Below, piece by piece: positions 54,716-64,000 of a stretch of DNA of 64,000 nucleotides (position 1 is the stretch's first letter; every line of letters begins with the position of its first letter). The stretch is from Bifidobacterium breve. Lineage in GTDB: Bacteria > Actinomycetota > Actinomycetes > Nanopelagicales > Nanopelagicaceae. The notes beneath the pieces are model-generated. The model was not told the origin of the DNA and made no database searches. It saw nothing but the letters and a program-made list of their open reading frames with translations. A program made the translations under genes and the position numbers. The stretch is taken from the NCBI GenBank assembly GCA_945866305.1, contig CAMBGS010000001.1, positions 148-64,147 of the forward strand, in the 5' to 3' direction.

Positions 54716-55696
54716 CTACTTACTGTGACGCGACCGCAACTTTTCGATCGGACCTTTCGGGGCTAAGAAGACCGTCAAGATCAAAAGCGCGCTCACGATG
54801 AAATCTGGCAACACCGTGGCCAGACTCTCGGACCCGCTCCATCGATCTGAGATCGACGAGGCAATCAGAGGTATCGCTACCAGTGCTACAGAACCAATAA
54901 TGACGCCTCCGAGGGTGTTTACGCCAGCGAGGACCGCTCCAGTGGCGATAAAAAAGGAGAGGGCGAGCGGAAATGCGCTCGGCGAGACGTTATTCATGGT
55001 CATCGCCAACAACGCCCCAGCCAGGCCGGCTATTCCCGCACTCACGGTGAAGGCCAAGACCTTGGTGCGCCCCAGATTGATTCCAGCGATTTCGGCAGCG
55101 ACTTCATTGCTTTTCACGGCTAGCCAGGAGCGACCGTAGCGTGATCGCAGAATATTTTGCACCCACCACATGGAAATTAGCGCTGCCAGAGTTGCAATCC
55201 AAAGGAACCATTTATATTGAGTAAAACTTTCACCAAAGGAGAGCGGCGGCCATCCTGCATCAAATGAAATTCCTTGCTCGCCACCTAAAATCGAAAATTG
55301 ATTTGCAATCGAAGGTAGTCCAACGGCTAGCGCCAAAGTTGTTCCAGCTAAATATGGACCAGATAAACGCGCAGCTGCCGCTCCAAGAATTGCGCCAAAG
55401 AGCGCTGTTGCTAAAACTGCTGCTGCAAAACAGATCCAAATTGGCGCGCCAAAATAGATTTGCGTGAGGGCGGCGGTGTAAGCACCGACTGCAAGGAGTG
55501 CGCCGTGACCAAGAGATATTTGCCCCGAGTAGCCGGTTAATAAAATTATTGATGCAATTGCAACTACGAAGACTGCAACAGTTGCGCCTTGGTAAGCCCG
55601 CCACTCATCCACGATATTGCTCAAGATATAAACAACCAAACCAATTAGCACAAAGCCAATGAAGCGATGCTTATTTGTAATTTGACGGCTATGCAC
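54716..55696 (-). CDS. HAAT-type ABC permease (LivM-like)
   Basis: GYSGQISLGHG, RLSGPYLA, AGIAGLAGAL; GTG 55696 after SD AGGTGG. Confidence 0.88.
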   Translation of the reverse strand: MHSRQITNKHRFIGFVLIGLVVYILSNIVDEWRAYQGATVAVFVVAIASIILLTGYSGQISLGHGALLAVGAYTAALTQIYFGAPIWICFAAAVLATALFGAILGAAAARLSGPYLAGTTLALAVGLPSIANQFSILGGEQGISFDAGWPPLSFGESFTQYKWFLWIATLAALISMWWVQNILRSRYGRSWLAVKSNEVAAEIAGINLGRTKVLAFTVSAGIAGLAGALLAMTMNNVSPSAFPLALSFFIATGAVLAGVNTLGGVIIGSVALVAIPLIASSISDRWSGSESLATVLPDFIVSALLILTVFLAPKGPIEKLRSRHSK

Positions 55697-56597
55697 GGCG
55701 ACCACCTTTTACTCCAATGATTCCGTGCGGTCTTAACAACAAAACTAGAATCAAAATTAAGAATGCGGAGAAGAAAACTAGAGATCCACCTACATACATC
55801 AAGATAATCGCCAAGATAATTCCGAGAGTTAATCCGCCAATCACCGCTCCAATTAAACTTTCGATTCCACCGATTACTGCAGCGACAAACCCAAACACTA
55901 AGAGCAGACTAAATTCAAATGCTTCGGGTGTGACAGAACCAGAACCGTTTACAGTCTGCAAGATTCCAGCGGTCGCGCCTGCAGCGCCGGAGATTGCCCA
56001 ACCTAATGTGCGAATCAAGTCGACTCGAATTCCGGATAGCCTTGAAATTTCTGGTGCAAACGATGCTGCTCGTAAAGAAAGTCCTAAATTTGTCCGTTGG
56101 AAAATCAGAGTTAACCCGATCATCAGGACTAGCACTATCCCAAGAATCATTAGGCGCAGTGGAGAAAGGGCGATACTTTCACCCGAGACGATAAATCCCT
56201 TGTCAGAAAGAGGTGGAGAGATTACGCCAATTTTTTCCCCGTAAATAAAATGGAGAAGTGCTTTCATAACACCGAGTATTCCCAGTGTTGCAATAATCGG
56301 TAAGAAAATCTCCTGAGTCCTCTCACCAGAGCGGTGAAGAAGCGGACGTAAAAAGAAGTACTCAATGAAAGCTGAAAGCGCCGCACCAGCCAACATTGCA
56401 ACAGGCAGGGCGATCCAAAACGAGCCAGTTGTTTCTAGAATCGTTGCACCGACAAAAGTTGATGCTAAAGCGATTCCACCCGCGGCAAAGTTAACTACGC
56501 GCGTACTGCGCCATACCAACACGATTGCAATCGCCATAAGTGAATAAATTGAACCGGCAGTGATGCCGATCAGCAGCGTATTTACAAATTCAAACAT
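55689..56597 (-). CDS. HAAT-type ABC permease (LivH-like)
   Basis: GSIYSLMA, VVNFA, TNLGLSLRA, AAVIGG. Confidence 0.88.
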   Translation of the reverse strand: MFEFVNTLLIGITAGSIYSLMAIAIVLVWRSTRVVNFAAGGIALASTFVGATILETTGSFWIALPVAMLAGAALSAFIEYFFLRPLLHRSGERTQEIFLPIIATLGILGVMKALLHFIYGEKIGVISPPLSDKGFIVSGESIALSPLRLMILGIVLVLMIGLTLIFQRTNLGLSLRAASFAPEISRLSGIRVDLIRTLGWAISGAAGATAGILQTVNGSGSVTPEAFEFSLLLVFGFVAAVIGGIESLIGAVIGGLTLGIILAIILMYVGGSLVFFSAFLILILVLLLRPHGIIGVKGGRRA

Positions 56598-56599
56598 AG

Positions 56600-57307
56600 T
56601 TAGAACCCCAAATAAGCAGCGCGCACTGCGGGATCATCTCTAAGCGCAGCTGCGCTACCTGACGCGGCGATAGAGCCAAGATTTAACACAATGCCGATAT
56701 CAGCAATCTTGAGAGCCCCCATCGCATTCTGTTCTACCAATAAAACTGTTAACCCCATTGCGGTAGTTAGATCACGAATAGATTGGAAGATTTGTTCAAT
56801 TACAAGTGGTGCCAGGCCTAGTGAAGGTTCATCCAATAAAAGTAGCTGTGGCTTGGACATCATTGATCGACCGATCGCCAACATCTGCCGTTCACCGCCA
56901 GAAAGTGAATCAGCGCGTTGTGACAGTCGCTCACCTAAACGCGGAAAGAGTTCTACTACTTCTCTCTTAGATTGTGCGGCCTCTTTACGATTGCGGCGCC
57001 AGAGCGCACCTAAATCTAAATTCTCCGCAACGGTTAACTCCGGGATAACAGACTTTCCTTCGCTGACGTGTGAAATTCCATGTCGCACTAATGACTCGGG
57101 TTTTGAATGCAAAATATTAAGGTCACCCCAAGTTGCACTTCCATCCGATGCTTTATTTAGCCCAGACAGGGTGCGCAATAACGTCGTCTTTCCTGCGCCA
57201 TTTGCCCCGATTACTGCAGCCAATTGCCCCTTCTCGATTGAGATAGAGACTCCGTGAAGTGCCCGGATTGCTCCATGATCAACTACCAAATTTTTAATTC
57301 TTAACAT
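56600..57307 (-). CDS. HAAT-type ABC ATPase (LivF-like)
   Basis: GANGAGKTT, LSGGERQMLAIGR, LLDEPSLGLAP, LVEQN. Confidence 0.92.
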   Translation of the reverse strand: MLRIKNLVVDHGAIRALHGVSISIEKGQLAAVIGANGAGKTTLLRTLSGLNKASDGSATWGDLNILHSKPESLVRHGISHVSEGKSVIPELTVAENLDLGALWRRNRKEAAQSKREVVELFPRLGERLSQRADSLSGGERQMLAIGRSMMSKPQLLLLDEPSLGLAPLVIEQIFQSIRDLTTAMGLTVLLVEQNAMGALKIADIGIVLNLGSIAASGSAAALRDDPAVRAAYLGF

Positions 57308-58068
57308 TAAGCCACCCCAGTTCCGAGGTAGGCAGCAATCACGGCAGGATCGCGACGAACTGTTTCAGCCGCACCGCTTGCAATTACTTCACCGAAGTTT
57401 AAAACGTACAAACGATCGCAGACGCTCATAACAACATCCATATGATGTTCCACAATTAGTATTGACATGGTCGCAGTTAAGTTACGAATTAAGTTATTCA
57501 TCCACTCAATATCTTGTGGGCCAAGTCCACCTGCTGGTTCATCGAGCATTAAAATCTTTGGTTCAGAAACTAGTGCGCGCGCAATTGAAACCCTCTTGGT
57601 ATCTGGATAAGCCAAAGTATCTGCGCGTCGATTAGCTAAAGTGCCGGCATAGACGCGATCAAGTGCGCGCATCGCCTTATCGCGCAACACTTCTTCATCT
57701 CGCTTATTTGTGCCCAGGGCGGCAGAAATCAAACCAGTCTTGGCTAACTTCTGCGCTCCGATCATTACATTCTCTAAAACGGTTAACTCTGGAAAGAGTC
57801 CAACGCCTTGCAGCGTGCGCGAAATGCCTAAATCAATTAACTCATCAGTGCGTGGCCAAGAACGTTCTTTGCCTTCAAATTCAAATTTTCCAGAATCTGG
57901 TGTTACCAGCCCACACATGGCATTAAATAAAGTGGTCTTACCCGCGCCATTGGGTCCGATTACTCCAACAACTTCATTAGGGCGAAGTTCTAGGTGTACA
58001 TCTTGCAGAGCCTTAAGTCCGCCAAAAGAGATGCTGACACCCTGTGCGTGCAACAGTGCGGCGCTCAT
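57307..58068 (-). CDS. HAAT-type ABC ATPase (LivG-like)
   Basis: FGGLKAL, GPNGAGKTT, LDEPAGG, VEHHM, VIAAYLG. Confidence 0.92.
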   Translation of the reverse strand: MSAALLHAQGVSISFGGLKALQDVHLELRPNEVVGVIGPNGAGKTTLFNAMCGLVTPDSGKFEFEGKERSWPRTDELIDLGISRTLQGVGLFPELTVLENVMIGAQKLAKTGLISAALGTNKRDEEVLRDKAMRALDRVYAGTLANRRADTLAYPDTKRVSIARALVSEPKILMLDEPAGGLGPQDIEWMNNLIRNLTATMSILIVEHHMDVVMSVCDRLYVLNFGEVIASGAAETVRRDPAVIAAYLGTGVA

Positions 58069-59165
58069 AGTTCGTAGATTCTAGGCACTCGTGGTCCAAT
58101 TCGTGTAACTATCTCGTAATTTATCGATCCAGATGCATTTGCCCAGTCATCTGCGGTGTATTCCTCACCCGTACCTGCTCCAAAAACACTCACCCAATCC
58201 CCAGATTTTGCAGTTGATGCAGCGCCTAAATCGACCACAAATTGATCCATCGAAACGCGGCCAATAATCGGTGCGCGTTTACCATTAAAGGAAACTCCAA
58301 CGTTCTTGGCAATGCGCGGAATTCCATCGGCATAACCCATTGCGACTAGCCCGAGCTTTGTATCCGACTTTGTAATTTCAGTTGCACCGTATCCAACAGG
58401 TGATCCTGCTGGTACATCTTTTACTAAATGTAGCTTTGCACGAAGGGTCATCGCGGGCTTTAGTGAGAGATGTTCAGATGAACCTAAAGTTTTTACATCA
58501 GGACTGAGTCCATACATCGCAATTCCGGTGCGGACCATGTCAAAGGCAGAAGCCGGATCAACCAAAGTTGCCGCAGAATTTGAAAGATGGCGAATTATAT
58601 TTGTGAATCCAAATGATTCTAAGGTGGCGACCATTTTTTTAAAGCGAGTTAGTTGTTCTAAATTCTGTGGCTGGCCTGGTTCATCAGCTCGTGCAAAGTG
58701 AGAAAATATTCCAATAACTTCAACGCCTTTTACATGATGGGCGTCAATCTCATTCCACTCGGATAGAAAACCTCCGCGCGTCATTCCGGTATCTACCTCT
58801 AAATGTATGCGCGGACGTTTGGTACCAGCGACCGCCCCAACTTCTTCAAGTGCTTTAATTGATGAGACGGCGATATCAATATCGTGATCGACTGCGCTCT
58901 TAAAGTTAGATCCTGGTGGAACAAGCCATGCCAAAATTGGTGCAGTGATACCCGCAGCACGAAGTGTTATCGCTTCTTCAAGGAGTGCGACACCCAACCA
59001 AGTTGCACCACCTTCCAGCGCCGCCTTTGCAACCGGAATGAGTCCATGACCATAGGCATCTGCTTTTACTACAGCAAGTAAATCAACTCCAGCCTTGCTT
59101 TTGAGAAAAGCGACATTTGCCTTGATCGCAGATAAATCAACAACTGCTTCTGCGCGGTTTGTCAT
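58065..59165 (-). CDS. alr: Alanine racemase
   Basis: [11 protein letters not shown] (PLP lysine), [27 protein letters not shown]. Confidence 0.96.
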   Translation of the reverse strand: MTNRAEAVVDLSAIKANVAFLKSKAGVDLLAVVKADAYGHGLIPVAKAALEGGATWLGVALLEEAITLRAAGITAPILAWLVPPGSNFKSAVDHDIDIAVSSIKALEEVGAVAGTKRPRIHLEVDTGMTRGGFLSEWNEIDAHHVKGVEVIGIFSHFARADEPGQPQNLEQLTRFKKMVATLESFGFTNIIRHLSNSAATLVDPASAFDMVRTGIAMYGLSPDVKTLGSSEHLSLKPAMTLRAKLHLVKDVPAGSPVGYGATEITKSDTKLGLVAMGYADGIPRIAKNVGVSFNGKRAPIIGRVSMDQFVVDLGAASTAKSGDWVSVFGAGTGEEYTADDWANASGSINYEIVTRIGPRVPRIYEL

Positions 59166-59503
59166 CGCTCCACCACAACCATTGCGGATGCGATTCCGGC
59201 ATCGTGAGAGAGTGTTAAATGCACCTTTGCGCCATCTACTAATTCAGCGATTTCTCCACGGAATAAGAAATCTGGTTTTCCGCTCTCGTGATTAATTACT
59301 TCTGCATCGTGCCAAGGTAGGCCGTGTCCAGCGTTTAGCGCTTTGGCAAGAGCTTCCTTTGCGGCAAAGCGGGCGGCTAAGGAAGCGATTGGCTTACTCG
59401 CTTCAGCTGGAGTAAATAACTTCTCACGCAGCGATGGGGTTCGCTCTAGCGATTCGGCAAAGCGAGCGATATCAACCACATCGATACCAATGCCATCAAT
59501 CAT
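59162..59503 (-). CDS. acpS: Holo-ACP synthase
   Basis: [20 protein letters not shown]. Confidence 0.95.
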   Translation of the reverse strand: MIDGIGIDVVDIARFAESLERTPSLREKLFTPAEASKPIASLAARFAAKEALAKALNAGHGLPWHDAEVINHESGKPDFLFRGEIAELVDGAKVHLTLSHDAGIASAMVVVER

Positions 59504-59523
59504 GTTCTTTAGTGTAATTGGGG

Positions 59524-60192
59524 TTAAGAGAGTTGGCTATTAGATGGCCAATATCGATCAATTGCAATGACTAAAACCAATAAAGCACCGCCAATGAATA
59601 GTCCGCCAAGCAAATCTGAGAACCAATGAGTATCGCGAACTAGTGAAACTATGCAGACCGTCAAACTAATGGTCGCAACACCAGCGCTAGCCAATCGCCC
59701 GCGATAGCGATCTACGTGTGCATATCTGTAAATTAAATAAGCGAGAACTCCCCAAGTTAGTAAGGCGTTAGATGCGTGCCCACTGGGATACGACATTCCG
59801 CCAAAGTGCAGTAAATCAATTCCAATTTTTGGTTTTGTGCGACCAAGCCAGAACTTAAAGAATCCAACAACTAGATTGAGGCATATTAAAGAGAGAATCG
59901 CCAAGTTAAGTGGGCGCCAAGTTTTAAATCGCCGGGCGATATAGAAGGCGGCAATTAATAATGCGGTGGCAGTAACACTGCGTAGACCAAGATCATCTAA
60001 GCGACGAATAACAAAACCGCTTAACCCTTCATATTCTGGGCGATCTAAATCGTGAATCCACTTATCAATTCTTATAAGTGGTCCATCGATAATTACTTGG
60101 TGAGTTGTTAGGAGAAAGCCAATGAAGAGAGCTGCCGACCAACGAAAAGCACGCGCCATCTGCGCACGACGTACATCAAGTAATTCCGACAT
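59524..60192 (-). CDS. PAP2-family membrane phosphatase
   Basis: [22 protein letters not shown] and several TM helices. Confidence 0.82.
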   Translation of the reverse strand: MSELLDVRRAQMARAFRWSAALFIGFLLTTHQVIIDGPLIRIDKWIHDLDRPEYEGLSGFVIRRLDDLGLRSVTATALLIAAFYIARRFKTWRPLNLAILSLICLNLVVGFFKFWLGRTKPKIGIDLLHFGGMSYPSGHASNALLTWGVLAYLIYRYAHVDRYRGRLASAGVATISLTVCIVSLVRDTHWFSDLLGGLFIGGALLVLVIAIDRYWPSNSQLS

Positions 60193-60194
60193 GG

Positions 60195-62039
60195 CTATTC
60201 GACCGTAACTGATTTAGCCAAGTTACGTGGCTGGTCTACATCGTTGCCTCGGGCAACTGCCATTTCATAGGCAAATACTTGCAAAGGAACGGTGGCTAAT
60301 ATCGGTTGGAAAAGTGGCGAACAGGCCGGAATGCGAATGATGTGTTCTGCACCGACTACTTCTGCGCCTTCATGCGCAATGACTATAACTCGGGCACCGC
60401 GCGCCTTAACTTCTTGAATATTGCTAAGCATCTTCTCATCGAGTGCGTGATCACTTCCTGACGGAAGAATGGCGATAACTGGAGTGCCTTTAGTTTCGTC
60501 AATCAGTGCGATTGAGCCGTGCTTCAGCTCGCCGCCAGCAAATCCTTCGGCGTGAATATATGCCAACTCTTTTAACTTAAGCGCACCTTCGAGTACAACG
60601 GGATAGCCGATATTGCGACCAATAAAGAGAACTGTCTCTGATTTAGCAAAGGTGCGGGTTAAAGCGCGTAATGGCTCAACTGTTTCCAAGATCTGTTCAA
60701 TCTTGCCAGGAAGTTCCAGCATTTCGTTATAAAGATCGTGCACCTGCGCATCGCTCAATTCGCCACGGACTTGAGCTAAATGAAGTCCAATTAGATCAAC
60801 GGCAACGATCTGGGTTAGTAGTGCTTTAGTAGAAGCAACTGCAATTTCAGGGCCTGCGTGTGTATACAGAACTGCATCTGATTCGCGCGGAATTGTTGAG
60901 CTATTGGTATTACAAATGGCGAGTACTCGCGCACCGGCTGCTTTGGCATGGCGAATCGCCATCAAAGTATCCATAGTCTCGCCAGATTGTGAAATTGCGA
61001 TAACTAATGTGTTCGAATCAATAATTGGGTCGCGGTAACGGTATTCGCTGGCGATTTCTACTTCCACTGAAATCTTCGCCCACTTTTCAATTACATACTT
61101 TGCGATCATGCCTGCGTGATAAGCGGTGCCACAGGCGATTACGACAATCTTTTTAAGCGCCTTTATTTCGGCATCTGACATATGTAATTCATCAAGTTCG
61201 ATTTTACCGTTATCGGTTAAGCGGCCAATTAAAGTATCGGCAACCGCCTTAGGCTGTTCAAAGATTTCTTTGAGCATAAAGTGCGTGTAGCCACCTTTTT
61301 GCGCAGAAGCCGAATCCCAAGTAATTGTGTACTCCTTGGGAGTGATGGCTTTACCATCTAAGCCAATAATGTTTATTCCGGCTGGTGTCATTGTGATGAT
61401 TTCATCTTGTCCAAGTTCAACCGCGCGCTTGGTGTAATCAATAAAGGCGGCAACATCGGATGCCATAAAGTTTTCGCCATCACCGAGACCCACCACCAAA
61501 GGTGAATTACGGCGGACCCCAACAATTACTTCTGGGGCATCAGCGTGGACTGCCACCAAAGTAAAAGATCCACGTAGATGAGTTACCGCCTCGCGCATTG
61601 CTTGGGTGAGATCACCATTATGAGATTTACGTAGGTCAGAAAGTAAATGTGCGACCGATTCAGTATCTGTTTCTGAGGAAAAAGAGTGGCCGCGCGCTTG
61701 CAGTTCTGCTTTAAGTTCAGAATAGTTCTCGATAATTCCATTATGGATAACCGCTAGTTTGCCTTCGTTATCAGTGTGCGGATGTGCATTGCGATCAGTT
61801 GGCCCACCGTGTGTGGCCCACCGTGTGTGGCCAATTCCCGAATGAACAACTGGCATATTTGCAGGCAGTGCACCTTCGAGATTTGCTAACTTGCCCGCCC
61901 GCTTTTCAATAAAGAGCGCACCTGATGTACCGAGTGCGATTCCTGCTGAGTCATAACCGCGATATTCAAGACGACGCAAACCTTCAATTAATGGAGTAAC
62001 TGCAGACTGTGGCCCTGTGTAACCCACAATTCCGCACAC
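60195..62039 (-). CDS. glmS: Glutamine-fructose-6-phosphate aminotransferase
   Basis: N-terminal MCGIVG, HTRWATHG, SQSGET, PRNLAKSVTVE. Confidence 0.97.
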   Translation of the reverse strand: MCGIVGYTGPQSAVTPLIEGLRRLEYRGYDSAGIALGTSGALFIEKRAGKLANLEGALPANMPVVHSGIGHTRWATHGGPTDRNAHPHTDNEGKLAVIHNGIIENYSELKAELQARGHSFSSETDTESVAHLLSDLRKSHNGDLTQAMREAVTHLRGSFTLVAVHADAPEVIVGVRRNSPLVVGLGDGENFMASDVAAFIDYTKRAVELGQDEIITMTPAGINIIGLDGKAITPKEYTITWDSASAQKGGYTHFMLKEIFEQPKAVADTLIGRLTDNGKIELDELHMSDAEIKALKKIVVIACGTAYHAGMIAKYVIEKWAKISVEVEIASEYRYRDPIIDSNTLVIAISQSGETMDTLMAIRHAKAAGARVLAICNTNSSTIPRESDAVLYTHAGPEIAVASTKALLTQIVAVDLIGLHLAQVRGELSDAQVHDLYNEMLELPGKIEQILETVEPLRALTRTFAKSETVLFIGRNIGYPVVLEGALKLKELAYIHAEGFAGGELKHGSIALIDETKGTPVIAILPSGSDHALDEKMLSNIQEVKARGARVIVIAHEGAEVVGAEHIIRIPACSPLFQPILATVPLQVFAYEMAVARGNDVDQPRNLAKSVTVE

Positions 62040-62045
62040 TTGTTT

Positions 62046-63386
62046 TTACCCCAGCTCTGCTTGTACGACCTTTGCGAGGTCATTTGCTATTTCGCTGGCT
62101 AGGTTATCACTCTGCGCTTCAACCATCACGCGGACAAGCGGTTCTGTTCCAGATGCTCTTAATAGAATACGTCCATGCGTGCCGAGTTTTGCTTCAGCAG
62201 CGGCAACCGCGGCCTTAATCACTTGAGATTGATCTAACTTATCTTTAGCAACATTCTTAACGTTTACAAGCACTTGCGGAAAGCGAACCATTGCAGATGC
62301 TAATTCTTGCAAAGTCTTTCCGGATTTAACAACTTCTTGTGCCAAGGCAAGTGCGGTTAAAGTCCCATCACCAGTTGTTGCAAAATCGCGCATAATTAAA
62401 TGACCAGATTGTTCGCCGCCCAATGTGAAGCCTTTTTCAATCATCTTCTCAAGAACGTAACGATCACCGACTGCGGTTGTTTCAACTTTTATGCCGGCAT
62501 CTTTCATGGCATGCAAGAAACCGAGATTGCTCATCACCGTTGCAACAATTGTGTCTGCCTTTAACGATCCGGAAGCTTTAAATCCGCGCGCCAGAATTGT
62601 CATTATGACATCGCCATCTATTTCAGCACCATGTGCATCAATTGCTAATACGCGATCGGCATCACCATCGTGAGCAACTCCGAAATCAGCGCCTTCGCGC
62701 AGTACAGTGGTTCGTAGTTGTTCCAGGTGAGTAGAACCACAACCATCGTTGATATTCCAGCCATTAGGGGAATCAAAGATTGCGATCACTTCAGCACCAG
62801 CGCGACGGTAGGCCTCTGGTGAAACGGTAGATGCTGCGCCATTTGCGCAATCAACCACAATCTTTAAACCTTTAAGTGGAGTCTTAACCGATGAAAGCAG
62901 GTGTGTTAAATATCTTTCGCGAGCACTCTCGTCAACGATTGCACGGCCTACACCGTTGCCAGTTGGACGCTCCCAAGGTTCACCAATGCGGGCTTCGATT
63001 GCCTTCTCAATTGCATCATCTAACTTTCCGCCACCACGGGAAAATAACTTGATTCCATTATCTGGAGCTGGATTGTGAGATGCCGAAATCATTACGCCAA
63101 GGTCTGCGCCAGATTCAGCGACTAAATGTGCGATCGCTGGTGTTGGCAGTACACCAACGCGATAAACATCAACGCCGGCGCTAGTTAAACCAGCAACAAC
63201 GGCTGCTTCTAAGAATTCACCGGAAGCGCGAGAGTCTTGTCCAACAACGGCTTTAGGGCGGTGTGATTTATCTGGATTTGTTTCAACGAGAATATGTGCA
63301 GCAGCGACAGCAACGTCGAGTGCTAATTCAGCGGTGAGATCACGATTGGCTAAGCCACGTATTCCATCGGTTCCAAAGAGTGCCAC
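62046..63386 (-). CDS. glmM: Phosphoglucosamine mutase
   Basis: FGTDGIRG, SASHNP, DGDADR, GGEQSGH, RASGTEP. Confidence 0.96.
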   Translation of the reverse strand: MALFGTDGIRGLANRDLTAELALDVAVAAAHILVETNPDKSHRPKAVVGQDSRASGEFLEAAVVAGLTSAGVDVYRVGVLPTPAIAHLVAESGADLGVMISASHNPAPDNGIKLFSRGGGKLDDAIEKAIEARIGEPWERPTGNGVGRAIVDESARERYLTHLLSSVKTPLKGLKIVVDCANGAASTVSPEAYRRAGAEVIAIFDSPNGWNINDGCGSTHLEQLRTTVLREGADFGVAHDGDADRVLAIDAHGAEIDGDVIMTILARGFKASGSLKADTIVATVMSNLGFLHAMKDAGIKVETTAVGDRYVLEKMIEKGFTLGGEQSGHLIMRDFATTGDGTLTALALAQEVVKSGKTLQELASAMVRFPQVLVNVKNVAKDKLDQSQVIKAAVAAAEAKLGTHGRILLRASGTEPLVRVMVEAQSDNLASEIANDLAKVVQAELG

Positions 63387-63404
63387 TGTGGGGCGCCTTT
63401 GAAA

Positions 63405-63899
63405 TTAACGCTTGCTGTATTGCGAACGCTTACGGGCCTTCTTCAGACCGTACTTCTTGCGCTCGATAACACGTGCATCACGTGAGAGGAATCCAGCTTT
63501 CTTAAGCGCTGGACGGTGCGCATCAACATCGATCTCGTTAAGTGAACGTGCCACGCCTAAGCGAAGTGCGCCAGCTTGACCAGAAACTCCGCCACCGTTG
63601 ATACGTGCGAAAACATCGTATTGATTTTCAGCACCAACGGTGCGGAATGGCTCAGAAACTAATTGTTGGTGAACCTTGTTTGGGAAGTAATTCTCAAGTG
63701 TCTTACCGTTAACAACCCAACGACCTGTACCAGGTACTAGGCGAACGCGAGCTACTGCTTCTTTACGACGACCGGTGCCTGCGCCAGGTGCCTTGATTGC
63801 TGGGCGGTTGGTTGCAGGAGCTGGTGATGATGAAGTGTAAGAAGTAGGAACTTCGTTTTCATCTAGTTCTGCGACTTCGTTATAAGTTGTATCTGACAT
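63405..63899 (-). CDS. rpsI: 30S ribosomal protein S9
   Basis: [39 protein letters not shown]. Confidence 0.98.
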   Translation of the reverse strand: MSDTTYNEVAELDENEVPTSYTSSSPAPATNRPAIKAPGAGTGRRKEAVARVRLVPGTGRWVVNGKTLENYFPNKVHQQLVSEPFRTVGAENQYDVFARINGGGVSGQAGALRLGVARSLNEIDVDAHRPALKKAGFLSRDARVIERKKYGLKKARKRSQYSKR

Positions 63900-63913
63900 T
63901 TGTTATAGGTCCC

Positions 63914-64000
63914 TTACTTTGATATCTGTGAAACTTGAGTAAATACATATGGAGTTGGTGCTTGAGCGCCGTGTGGATGCTCTGGACCTGCATAAACTTT
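63914..64000 (-). CDS. rplM: 50S ribosomal protein L13, C-terminal fragment
   Basis: Hand translation KVYAGPEHPHGAQAPTPYVFTQVSQISK*, directly upstream of rpsI. Confidence 0.92.
   Translation of the reverse strand, partial: KVYAGPEHPHGAQAPTPYVFTQVSQISK

Noticed and set aside
51685-58068. Transporter block as a mobile element or genomic island
   Set aside because: No integrase, transposase, att sites or flanking repeats; it is translationally coupled to alr.
62040-62045. glmS ribozyme upstream of glmS
   Set aside because: Only 6 nt separate glmM and glmS; there is no room.

Overview
A very gene-dense, roughly 45-48% GC (by eye) actinobacterial core-genome segment. Gene content, synteny and extreme compaction suggest the streamlined freshwater acI lineage (Ca. 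Nanopelagicales, Planktophila-like); this is inference. In order it carries: htrA(partial)-O-methyltransferase-pepA, DUF3117, a stand-alone sigma-70 region-4 mini-gene, dapD, a cell-wall cluster (SpoIID/LytB, GT2, LCP, ugd), purKE, birA with an acyl-CoA carboxylase operon, a nucleoside salvage/catabolism block (punA, phosphosugar mutase, deoC, two ALDHs, add, deoA, cdd, BMP), trpS, msiK with its cis-regulatory RNA, icd-mdh with a TamR-like operator, folD-purH-purN, sucCD, pcrA, guaA-guaB3-guaB, a CarH/LitR-like MerR-B12-domain regulator divergent from whiB3, groES-groEL1 with CIRCE, tsaEBD/rimI, a Liv-type ABC transporter coupled to a secreted serine hydrolase, and alr-acpS-glmS-glmM-rpsI-rplM. 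I saw no tRNA, rRNA, CRISPR or mobile element. The best candidate for an undescribed system is the CarH-like sensor/WhiB3 divergon, with visible operator repeats over the whiB3 promoter (a possible light- or tetrapyrrole-gated Fe-S regulator cascade). Other leads are the transporter/hydrolase scavenging module, the sigma region-4-only protein, a symmetric bidirectional leaderless promoter and GC-rich patches upstream of strong promoters. All calls come from manual motif recognition; no searches were run.
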